Source: an uncultured Ktedonobacterales bacterium (GTDB taxonomy: Bacteria > Chloroflexota > Ktedonobacteria > Ktedonobacterales > JADMIN01). Taken from it: DNA of 64,000 bases. Below, piece after piece: positions 1 to 9,691 of the stretch (its first letter is position 1; each line of letters opens with the position of its first letter). The stretch lies in the NCBI GenBank assembly GCA_964427535.1, contig CAYRVF010000001.1:2217-66216 (forward strand), given 5' to 3'. A program made the translations under genes and the position numbers. The notes under the pieces were generated by a model that saw only the letters and a list, made by a program, of their open reading frames with translations, was not told where the DNA came from and ran no database searches.

Positions 1-1
1 C

Positions 2-514
2 CGTGTGTTGGTCACGGGTACCTTCTCGAAGGCCTACGCGATGACCGGCTGGCGGCTGGGGTGGGTGGTCGCGCCGCCGGACGTGGTGCCGCTGCTGACG
101 TTCGCCGTCTCCGCCCAGATCAACAATCTGCCGCTCTTCATCCAGCGCGCGGGCCACGCGGCGCTGACCGGCCCGCAGGACTGCGTCGGCGAGATGCGCG
201 CGTCGTACCGTGCGCGCCGTGACCTCGCGCTTGAGTTGCTGCGGACGCACGATCTCGTCGAGTACGTGCCGAGCGGCGCGTTCTACTTGCTCGTCGACGT
301 GGCACGCGCGGCGGGGCGGCAGGATGATCCCGCATTCGACAGCACCGCCTTCGCCGAGGCGCTGGTGCGCGAGCGGGGCATCGCGGTGGCCCCAGGCGCG
401 GCGTTCGGCGCCAGCATCCCCGGGAAAGTACGCCTCTCGCTCGCCAGCTCCGAGGAGACGCTGCGCGCGGGCATCAGCGGCCTGCTCGACTTCGCCGCGA
501 CCTACACCGGGTAG
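2..514 (+). CDS. Class I/II PLP-dependent aminotransferase, C-terminal fragment (5' end lies outside the window)
   Basis: The reading frame is open to the window edge. Translation contains FSKAYAMTGWRLGW, the PLP-lysine region typical of fold-type I aspartate/aromatic aminotransferases. Strong G/C third-position bias. Confidence 0.85.
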   Translation, partial: RVLVTGTFSKAYAMTGWRLGWVVAPPDVVPLLTFAVSAQINNLPLFIQRAGHAALTGPQDCVGEMRASYRARRDLALELLRTHDLVEYVPSGAFYLLVDVARAAGRQDDPAFDSTAFAEALVRERGIAVAPGAAFGASIPGKVRLSLASSEETLRAGISGLLDFAATYTG

Positions 515-519
515 CAGAC

Positions 520-544
520 GGCCGGGCGGGTGGCGTTCCCGGCC
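520..544. terminator. GC hairpin between convergent genes (GGCCGGG / CCCGGCC, 11-nt loop)
   Basis: Perfect 7-bp inverted repeat starting 6 nt after the aminotransferase stop codon. No clear T tract. Confidence 0.35.
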
Positions 545-639
545 GCGCGTCGGGCACCCCATCCAGCCGCAGCCCGGCCTCATGAAGTCAACTGGCACGG
601 CTCCTACAGTTATAAAGAGGGCAGCCGCACCTCTGCCCG

Positions 640-1629
640 CTAGCTCCGACCGAAGAACAGCCCGTTGACGACGGCGTTGCCAGGAATGGCATCGTTGGTA
701 AACTGGATCGTGAAATGACCGCGCACGTTCCAGACGAGATATTCGCCGCTCTCAAAGCCGGTCACAGTGCGAGAGTCGAGCGTGGTGTGCGTCGCGGGAT
801 CGATCATGCGGATCGTCTCGGTGCGGTGCAGGTTGTCCCAATCGAGCAGGTAGAGCGCGAGTTGGTGCGTCTGGCCGTCGGTGATATTCACGTCGAGGCT
901 GAAGCCGGTGAGCGAGTAGAGGCACCCGGCGACCCGATCACTGGGGCTGAACGTGCGTTGCAGCGCGCGCGCGTCGGCAGTTGAGCCAGCCCAGGTATAG
1001 CCGGCCGCGCCGGAGGGCGTGATGGTGATGCTCTTCGGCAGGCTCGCGGCGTCGCTGGGGAGATCCGCGCCTTCGCTGCCGTAGACGCCGTGCCACGACC
1101 CCTGTGTCGTCACGTCGCGCGAGACGAACGTCGCAGCCGCGTGTCCGGTGCTCACTGCCGCTGCCGTGCGCGCGGGAGTCGCTGTGCCGCGCGGGCTGGT
1201 GGCGTGTGATGTGCTGGGTACGTCCCGAGAGAGCGATGCGACAGGCGCGGCGGGCGTGACGATGTGGACGAGCAGCAGCATCAGCAGCATGCCGACCACC
1301 ACGCCGGTGCCGCCGACCGCGAGCAGCAGGCGCAGCAGCCCGCGGTCCATCGCACGCAGCCTGTCCATGACCTCCCCGGCCATGCTGACGCCGGACTGCC
1401 GCCAGCGGTCGAACGGCGGGTAGGCGGCGCCGGGGATACGTGGCCCGGCCAGCGGCACTGGCGTCTCCGGCACGGGCGGCGTGCGATGCCGGAGGTCCAG
1501 CAGCGTGGGCTGTTCGATCTCGTCCGTCTCCTGCTGCTCGCCATGAGCAGGCGGCGCCGAGGAGGGTCGTGAGGATGAGGGAGTGCTCACTCCGTGCCAC
1601 CTTTCTAATATGTGTGGAGTTTTAGGCAT
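640..1629 (-). CDS. Single-pass membrane protein: Pro-rich N-terminus, one TM helix, uncharacterised C-terminal beta-rich extracytoplasmic domain
   Basis: 329-aa ORF with a hydrophobic stretch LLRLLLAVGGTGVVVGMLLMLLLVHIV. The C-terminal ~170 aa (..ALYLLDWDNLHRTETIRMID..FTIQFTNDAIPGNAVVNGLFF) look like a globular sugar-binding-type beta sandwich. No family was recognised with certainty. Confidence 0.6.
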   Translation of the reverse strand: MPKTPHILERWHGVSTPSSSRPSSAPPAHGEQQETDEIEQPTLLDLRHRTPPVPETPVPLAGPRIPGAAYPPFDRWRQSGVSMAGEVMDRLRAMDRGLLRLLLAVGGTGVVVGMLLMLLLVHIVTPAAPVASLSRDVPSTSHATSPRGTATPARTAAAVSTGHAAATFVSRDVTTQGSWHGVYGSEGADLPSDAASLPKSITITPSGAAGYTWAGSTADARALQRTFSPSDRVAGCLYSLTGFSLDVNITDGQTHQLALYLLDWDNLHRTETIRMIDPATHTTLDSRTVTGFESGEYLVWNVRGHFTIQFTNDAIPGNAVVNGLFFGRS

Positions 1630-1876
1630 GCGGACAGTGGACGCAACAACCGTGCCTATCGGCCAGTCTACATCAAGCTGGCGTCTTTCTCAGACATCGG
1701 CACCAATTGGTCGTGCTGGGCAATTCACGCACAGCCTACCCAGCGCACACACCGGGTGTTTCCCAGACGCTCCGCGCAGCGGGCGGGCTGCTCTGTTTTA
1801 GACGATGGGCACGCGGACGAGGTATCGTCTGCGACAAGCGGCGAGTGGAGCGTAGCCGTCCGGGGAGGATGGATGT

Positions 1877-4111
1877 ATGCCGATTGAAATCACCGTGTCA
1901 CCGCCCGGCCTCACCATCAGCCAGGGCCGCACGTTCGTCGTCACCTCTGAGAGTGGCGAGATCGACTCCGCGACCGAGCAGGGGATCTTCGCCATCGACA
2001 CCCGATTTATCAACTACTACCAGCTCTACATCAACCAGCATCCGTGGAAGCTCGTGACCTCCAGCCCGCTGAGCTTCTACGCCGCGCGCATCCACATGAC
2101 GAACCCCACGATCGTCACAGAGCTGGGCACCATTCCCGAGCACACACTGCGTTTTACGCTCGACCGCATCGTCGAGGACGGCATCACCGAGGAACTCTCC
2201 ATCGCGAACCACTCAGGCCGAGCCGTCCGCTTTCTGCTGGAGCTGGCGTTGCGGTCCGATTTCGCCGATATCTTCGAGGTGAAGATGCGCTCGTTTATCC
2301 AGCGTGGACGCATTCAGACGACCTGGGACGAGCAGCAGCACATACTGCGCACATCGTACACCCACCTCGACTTCCATCGTGCGGTGTCCTACGTCGTGCC
2401 AGAGGCGACGGTGCCGATAGGCTACGCGAACGGTCGCATCTCCTTCGAGGTGGCGCTCGAGCACGGAGCGGAATGGAGGGGCTGCGGCGAGATGGTGCTG
2501 GAGCACGGGCAGCGCAGACGGCGCCTCATCCCGCGCACGCAACCACGTCGGATCACGATGCCCACATTCGCCGACATCGCGACGCGCACGCCCGCGGACG
2601 AGCAGCCCATCACCGATTTCGATGAGCGCCAGGCACGCTGGCGCGCGCGCTGCATGGCGATCGAGACGCCCAACCAGTATGTCTACAGCATGTACAGCGA
2701 AGCTGTCGACGACATGGGCGCGCTGCGCATCTACGACATGGATGTCTCCGACGAGGCGTGGGTGCCCGCGGCGGGCGTTCCCTGGTTCGTCACGCTCTTT
2801 GGCCGCGACAGCCTGATCGTGGCGCTGCAGAACATGCCGGTCGCGCCGGGGTTCGCCCGCGGCGCGCTGAAGCGGCTGGCGGAGTATCAGGCGACGCAGC
2901 GCGACGATTGGCGCGACGCGCAGCCCGGCAAGATTTTGCACGAGATCCGCTTCGGGGAGCTGGCGCACTTCAACAAAATCCCCTTTACGCCCTACTATGG
3001 CACTGCCGACGCGACGATCCTCTTTCTCATCACGCTCGATGAAGCCTATCGCTGGACAGGCGACCGCGAGCTGCTCCATGAGTATCGCGAGGTCGCCGAG
3101 CAGTGCCTGATGTGGATTGACAACTACGGTGACCTGGACGGCGACGGCTATCAGGAATACAAGACGTTTTCGCCTTTGGGCTACGAGAATCAGGGCTGGA
3201 AGGATGCCGCCGACGCCGTCGTCTACGCCGACGGGACCCAGGTGCCGCAACCCAAGGGGCTGTGTGAGTTGCAGGGCTACGTCTACGACGCGAAGCTTCG
3301 CATGGCTGAGATGTTCGAGGTGCTCGGCGACGTGGGCCGGGCACGGGCGCTGCGCGAGCAGGCCGCGACGCTGCGGCAGCGATTCAACGACGTGTTCTGG
3401 ATGGAGGACGAGGGCTGCTACGCGTATGGGCTGGACCCGCGGAAGCGGCAAATCACGAGTGTCACCTCCAACGCCGGGCATTGCCTGTGGAGTGGCATCG
3501 CCGACCCAGAGAAAGCGATCCGCACCGCGCACCGGCTGCTGCAGCCCGACATGTGGAGCGGCTGGGGAATCCGCACGATTACGAGTGAGAACCCGGCGTA
3601 CAATCCGTTCTCGTATCACATTGGCTCGGTGTGGCCACACGACAACGGCATCATCGCCGCGGGCTTCAAGCGCTATGGTCTGGCGGCCGAGGCGAATTTC
3701 GTGATTCGTGGCGTGTTTGATGCCGCGCGGAGGTTTGCGGTGTACCGCCTGCCAGAGATCTACGCGGGCATCGAGCGCAGCGGGCGCATCTCCGACTTTC
3801 CGGTGCTCTACCCGGGTGGCGCGAACATTCCCCAGGCATGGGCCTCGGGCGCCGTGTTCATGATGCTCCAGACGATCCTGGGTCTCCGCGCCGACGCGCC
3901 GCACGACCGACTCTATGTCAAGCCCACGCTGCCCGACTGGCTGCCCGCGCTGCAGCTACACCACCTGAACGTCGGCCCGACCCTACTCGATCTCCGCTTC
4001 TGGCGCGAGGGCACGGAGTCGCGGTGGGAGGTCGTCGGTCAGCGTCCACGCGACGACGCGCCGCTGTGCCCCATCACCGTGCTCGACGACCCAACGTTTC
4101 CGATGCGGTAA
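1877..4111 (+). CDS. Amylo-alpha-1,6-glucosidase / glycogen-debranching-enzyme-like (GDE_C family) protein
   Basis: 744 aa. Strings GVPWFVTLFGRDSLI, GKILHEIRFGE and WSGWGIRTITSENPAYNPFSYHIGSVWPHDN are characteristic of the bacterial/archaeal amylo-alpha-1,6-glucosidase family. Confidence 0.85.
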   Translation: MPIEITVSPPGLTISQGRTFVVTSESGEIDSATEQGIFAIDTRFINYYQLYINQHPWKLVTSSPLSFYAARIHMTNPTIVTELGTIPEHTLRFTLDRIVEDGITEELSIANHSGRAVRFLLELALRSDFADIFEVKMRSFIQRGRIQTTWDEQQHILRTSYTHLDFHRAVSYVVPEATVPIGYANGRISFEVALEHGAEWRGCGEMVLEHGQRRRRLIPRTQPRRITMPTFADIATRTPADEQPITDFDERQARWRARCMAIETPNQYVYSMYSEAVDDMGALRIYDMDVSDEAWVPAAGVPWFVTLFGRDSLIVALQNMPVAPGFARGALKRLAEYQATQRDDWRDAQPGKILHEIRFGELAHFNKIPFTPYYGTADATILFLITLDEAYRWTGDRELLHEYREVAEQCLMWIDNYGDLDGDGYQEYKTFSPLGYENQGWKDAADAVVYADGTQVPQPKGLCELQGYVYDAKLRMAEMFEVLGDVGRARALREQAATLRQRFNDVFWMEDEGCYAYGLDPRKRQITSVTSNAGHCLWSGIADPEKAIRTAHRLLQPDMWSGWGIRTITSENPAYNPFSYHIGSVWPHDNGIIAAGFKRYGLAAEANFVIRGVFDAARRFAVYRLPEIYAGIERSGRISDFPVLYPGGANIPQAWASGAVFMMLQTILGLRADAPHDRLYVKPTLPDWLPALQLHHLNVGPTLLDLRFWREGTESRWEVVGQRPRDDAPLCPITVLDDPTFPMR

Positions 4112-4230
4112 GGTGGCCGTCGCCTGCGGGTGGGTGGCGACGCGGGCGAGGCTTGCCGCGCCCCTACAAACGCGGCGCGGCAGTGCGGCGATGTGGCCCG
4201 CGGCCACTGGCCAGAGCGCCTGCCAAGCGG

Positions 4231-4252
4231 CCCCTCCCTGCGAGGGGAGGGG
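4231..4252. repeat. C-tract/G-tract hairpin element (CCCCTCCC ..6 nt.. GGGAGGGG), REP-like
   Basis: Perfect 8-bp stem in the intergenic region downstream of the glucosidase gene. Related C/G-tract motifs recur at 5918-5949 and 6121-6145. Confidence 0.4.
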
Positions 4253-4341
4253 GGCGGCGGGAGCGGTCGCCTGTTTGACGGCGTTTTGGCGGTCGTGATA
4301 CATTTTCCTGAAATACTCTGTTGTAAACCACACTATCATGA

Positions 4342-5907
<1,566 letters not shown>

Positions 5908-5927
5908 GGCAGGACCTATCCCCCTCC

Positions 5928-5949
5928 CCCCTTCCCTCACGGGAAGGGG
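5928..5949 (+). terminator. Hairpin downstream of guaB (CCCCTTCCC tcac GGGAAGGGG)
   Basis: Perfect 9-bp stem with a 4-nt loop, 21 nt after the guaB stop. No T tract. Confidence 0.45.
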
Positions 5950-6177
5950 TCCGCTGATTGAGCGGCTGAGGCGAAGGACACGATGGGCGTTGCTTCCGCG
6001 GATCGGCCCCCTCTCCCAGCCTCTCCCCCGCCTGACGGCTTACAGCGAGAGAGAGGAGCCAGACCCCGCACGCGGCGCGCTGTGCGCGCTCGCGTCCGTT
6101 TCCCCCTGCTCTCGGTGTCAGCGGGGGGAGGGGATTAGGGGAAGCGGGCCGCGCCCGTTAGCACACATGCACGCGGG

Positions 6178-8007
6178 TCACCGCACCAGCGGGCGGGTGG
6201 GGGCGGCGCTGCGGCCGGGGTCGCCGGGAGGCGCGCTGGAGGCCGCGATCTGCCGCAGCAGCGACCGGCGCAGCCGCTGGATGCGCGCGCGGTAGGCGTC
6301 TTCGGGCTGGGTGGCCGTGCGCTTGGGTGGGTCGCCCATCGCCACATGCCACGAGCGAAAGGCGAGGCCCGTCGCCGTCTGGTACAGTGCGCGCGCCGTC
6401 AGGTAGGCGCGGAGGCCGTAGGCCAGGGCATAGCGGTGCTCGGCGGCGGCGCGTAGCGAGGCGTTCTGCAGCAGCACGTACTCGTCGGGGGTGACGACAC
6501 CCGAGAGCACCTCGGGCATCAGGTACTCGCGGACGGTGGCGGCTTCGCGGCGCAGGGCGGCGAGGGCGATGCGCAACAGCAGCGCCTGCGCGGCGAAGAG
6601 CGGCACGTAATCGGCAACCAGCGTGCCGAAGGCGAGCAGCGTGTCGGCACGCCCGACGACCCCCAGTGAGGCCAGCGCGTCAGCACCGAAGACGATGACG
6701 TCGAAATAGGTGTGCAGCACGATAGCGGCGGCCAGCCCGGCGAGCGGCGCGAGCCACTGACGGCGCCGGTTCTGCGTCTCGCGGGCGTAGCCCAGTCCGG
6801 CGCCAAAGAGCGCCGTGAAGGTCGAGTGGCTGAGCCAGCCCAGCACCACGCGCCCCACCACGACGAACCCCAGATCGGCGCGCGGGGTCAGCGCGAAGTA
6901 GACGAAGTTCTCTACCATCGCGAAGCCCGCGCCGATGACCGCCCCGTAGATGATGCCGTCGGTGACGTTGTCGAACTCGTCGCGCAGAGCGAGCAGCAGT
7001 AGCAGCAGCCCCAGACCTTTGATGAGCTCCTCGGTGCCGCCGGCGACTAGCGCCTGCCCGAGCGCGTGCGTTAGCCCACCGGTCACGCCGCCAACAGGGA
7101 GCTGGCCCAGCACCAGCGCCGAGAGATGCCCTTCGAGAAAGAGCGCGGGCGGAATGGCGATCACGGCGCCCCAGACGAACGCGCCTAGCAGCGTCACCAG
7201 CGGCTCGCGCTCATAGGAATCGAGCGTGAACACGACGATGGCGACGCCGACGACCGGCACGAGCGGAATCGTGAGCGCGGCCAGCACGCGTCCGGCGCCA
7301 CCGGCCGCGAGCGCATCGTGCCCGACGAGGGAGGCGGTACCCAACGTCGCGATGGCGCTGACCAGGAAGACCGCCAGCGCCGCGACCGCCAACAGCCAGC
7401 GCACGCCCGCGCTGAACTCGCCGCGCAACGCGAACTGCAGCGTGACGCCCGGACTGAAGATGCGCGTGCTGCTCATCTCCAGCGAGTTGACCAGCCCCGT
7501 CGCGGCCGGGTCCTCGCCGTCGGGGTCAGAGGTGACGAGGCGCCGTGTGGCCTCTGAGGCGAGCGTGACCGTCGCGCTGGGGGCGACGAGCTGGAGCGCC
7601 GTCCGACCGAGGTGCAGCGTGCTCCCTGGCACGATCTCGACGCACACGCCCGGCGCGACCTCGTGGCCATCGACCCAGAGCGGATTGTGACTCGACAGAT
7701 TTTCGAGGCGCCAGCCGTCGTCGGTGAGCAGGAGACTCGCATGCTCGCGCGAGACGGCAGGGTCGAGCAGCACGACGGTATTCTGCAGGCCGCGGCCGAT
7801 GGTGGTCATGCGCTGGGTGAGCGGACAGACAGACTGTCCGGCGGCGAGTCCCGCGAAGCCCTGCTGCCGGGATGGCTGCTCGCGCGAGCCGGCGGCCGCT
7901 GGCAGGCGATCGAGCAACCGCAGCGCGCCGAAACTGGGGGGAAGCGCGGGCTTCACCTGCGACCGGGCGAGCAACGGCGTACGTGATCGGTGGGTGAGAG
8001 AACTCAC
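6178..8007 (-). CDS. FHA domain fused to a PrsW-family intramembrane protease
   Basis: The N-terminal TTIGRGLQNTVVLLDPAVSREHASLLL..WRLENLSSHNPLWVDGHEV is an FHA signature. The polytopic C-terminal part has the PrsW motifs EELIKG, GFAMVENFVY, HSTFTALFG and HTYFD. Confidence 0.85.
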   Translation of the reverse strand: MSSLTHRSRTPLLARSQVKPALPPSFGALRLLDRLPAAAGSREQPSRQQGFAGLAAGQSVCPLTQRMTTIGRGLQNTVVLLDPAVSREHASLLLTDDGWRLENLSSHNPLWVDGHEVAPGVCVEIVPGSTLHLGRTALQLVAPSATVTLASEATRRLVTSDPDGEDPAATGLVNSLEMSSTRIFSPGVTLQFALRGEFSAGVRWLLAVAALAVFLVSAIATLGTASLVGHDALAAGGAGRVLAALTIPLVPVVGVAIVVFTLDSYEREPLVTLLGAFVWGAVIAIPPALFLEGHLSALVLGQLPVGGVTGGLTHALGQALVAGGTEELIKGLGLLLLLLALRDEFDNVTDGIIYGAVIGAGFAMVENFVYFALTPRADLGFVVVGRVVLGWLSHSTFTALFGAGLGYARETQNRRRQWLAPLAGLAAAIVLHTYFDVIVFGADALASLGVVGRADTLLAFGTLVADYVPLFAAQALLLRIALAALRREAATVREYLMPEVLSGVVTPDEYVLLQNASLRAAAEHRYALAYGLRAYLTARALYQTATGLAFRSWHVAMGDPPKRTATQPEDAYRARIQRLRRSLLRQIAASSAPPGDPGRSAAPTRPLVR

Positions 8008-8168
8008 GGCATCCCCCGGCGGCGACGAACTGGACCTGCTACCATCCTGGCTGGACTATACCAAACTTGCCAGCAGAGGCAAACGTCCACCGGACCGTCT
8101 ACGCCTTGGCTGACTTGCGCGTGTACGCGAGCCAGCCAAAGCGACGTGCGGGCCAGAGCGGTGTGCCC

Positions 8169-9311
8169 TCAGGCGTCCGCCTGAGGAGCGGGCAGCGCAG
8201 GCGCGGGCTTCTCTGGCTCGATCTGCCGCTGGGCCGGATGCTCTTCGCGGTACGTGCGATAGAACCGCTGGAAGAGCTCGTTCAGTTGGCGGCGCGAAAG
8301 ATGCCTGCCGCTCTCGAAGTACTCGATGGCGACCTGCCCGATCGCCCACGTCCCGGCGGCAGCGATCGCGCCCGAGACGAGGTCGCCGCCGAAGGGCACG
8401 GCTTTCGAGGCCTCTTCTGCGAGATAGCGGAAGAACAGCCCGCCGCCGATGGTGACGACCAGCTCACGCAGATACTGCGCGCTCAGCGGCTCGCCGTAGA
8501 CCGCCGCGATCCGCAGCACGAGCCGGATCTGCGTGCCGAGCAGAATCGGAATGTCGACCAGCGGAATCGGCTCCAGGCCAGCGGCCAGGCTCACGAGCGC
8601 GGCCGAGCGCACTAGCCGGTTGGCAGCCTCGCGGCGGAAGCGCGGCAACTGGCGCCCCAGCACGACCGCCGCGACCGGGCTGGCCTCGATGATCGCCGGA
8701 ATCAGCTCTTCGGCGACGTTCTCGCCGGTGCGCGCCGAGATGGGGATGACGTCCTGCTCCTTCAGGCGCGCCGCCGCGCGAGCCGCCGCCTCGTCCGCGC
8801 CACCTTCGAGGAGATCGGCCTTGTTGAGCGCCACCACGTGCGGCTTCTCTTCGTCGCGCAGCTTGCCGATCAACTCCAGATCCACCGGACGCAACCCCTG
8901 CTGGGCGTCGAGCAGGTAGACGACGACCGACGCCTCCTCCACCGCCGAGGCTTGCATATCGGGCAGATGCCCGGGCGTGTCAATCAACGCGAACGGGCCG
9001 AAGGCGCCGCGGATGAGCGACGTCGTCGTGCCCGCCTCGGGGGAGACCTCAGAAAGGTACTTGCCCTGCAGCGTGTTGAAGAGCGTCGATTTCCCCGAAT
9101 TAGCCAGACCCACGATCGCGACCTGGGTGTGGAGCTCACCCTCGATCTCCTCCTGGGCCAGCTTCCAGTTGACCGAGCCCATGAATTTGCGCACGAGTTG
9201 CAGGTTCGAGGGGATACCCATCAGTGTCGAGAGGGAGAAGAGGTTGCGCCCTCCGGATGACCTGCCGGATTTCCCTCGTGTAGCGCTGCCGTCTCCACTG
9301 TTCTTCGCCAC
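8169..9311 (-). CDS. GTP-binding protein with a C-terminal DUF697 membrane-associated domain
   Basis: G1 GLANSGKST, G3 DTPG, G4 NKAD. The C-terminal LAAGLEPIPLVDIPILLGTQIRLVLRIAAVYG is DUF697-like. The start is set at GTG 9311, preceded by GGGAGG. ATG 9221 is an alternative. The track start at 9686 adds an implausible Arg/Thr-rich extension. Confidence 0.8.
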   Translation of the reverse strand: MAKNSGDGSATRGKSGRSSGGRNLFSLSTLMGIPSNLQLVRKFMGSVNWKLAQEEIEGELHTQVAIVGLANSGKSTLFNTLQGKYLSEVSPEAGTTTSLIRGAFGPFALIDTPGHLPDMQASAVEEASVVVYLLDAQQGLRPVDLELIGKLRDEEKPHVVALNKADLLEGGADEAAARAAARLKEQDVIPISARTGENVAEELIPAIIEASPVAAVVLGRQLPRFRREAANRLVRSAALVSLAAGLEPIPLVDIPILLGTQIRLVLRIAAVYGEPLSAQYLRELVVTIGGGLFFRYLAEEASKAVPFGGDLVSGAIAAAGTWAIGQVAIEYFESGRHLSRRQLNELFQRFYRTYREEHPAQRQIEPEKPAPALPAPQADA

Positions 9312-9461
9312 GATTCCGATCCTCCCGTGTATCCCGCCAGGTGTCTTTGTCTGGGTCTGCTGCCATGGGCACGCAGCCGTCGGCTGCCTGCGCTCCCCAG
9401 TCTCGCATGTCTTCCCGATATACGCGCGATGCCCCGCCTGGGTTAGAGCCTGCCCGCTTCG

Positions 9462-9493
9462 GTGCGTCGTGTGCGTCGTGCGCGTCGTGCGCA
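9462..9493. repeat. 9-bp tandem repeat (GTGCGTCGT x2, GCGCGTCGT, partial 4th copy)
   Basis: Read directly. It lies in the divergent intergenic region between the GTPase gene and recD2. Confidence 0.6.
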
Positions 9494-9691
9494 CCGAACG
9501 CACGGCAGCCTTCCCGTTTTTCGGGTGGGCATACGGAAAACCCTGTAGCAGGGACAGTGCCAAGCGCCACGGTGCACGGCTGGGAGCCGCCGCACGGCCC
9601 AGCAGCCAGACAGGCGCGAGTGATACAATTGGCCCGCACACAGACGCGGCCCGCACTGTGTCCGCCGGCCGCGCGGAGAGCCGCACCCGCT

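Noticed and set aside
2213-3904. 563-aa ORF on the minus strand, and similar long antisense ORFs at 4387-5940 (-), 10316-11296 (-), 20371-21387 (+), 23017-24168 (+), 53677-54624 (-) and 61892-62737 (+)
   Set aside because: Each lies fully inside, and antisense to, a gene with unmistakable family motifs. The translations are Arg/Ala/Gly/His-rich with no recognisable domains. Such shadow ORFs are expected in high-GC DNA because stop codons are rare.
9341-9691. N-terminal extensions of track ORFs: recD2 from 9341, GTPase from 9686, DedA from 12966, ugd from 24192, oxidoreductase from 27307, asnB-like from 30047 and 53617, lipoprotein from 35405, methyltransferase from 51357
   Set aside because: The extensions are low-complexity or compositionally odd, precede the conserved family N-termini (for example MCGIAG must be the mature Ntn start), and internal starts have Shine-Dalgarno sequences. 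The exact starts remain uncertain.
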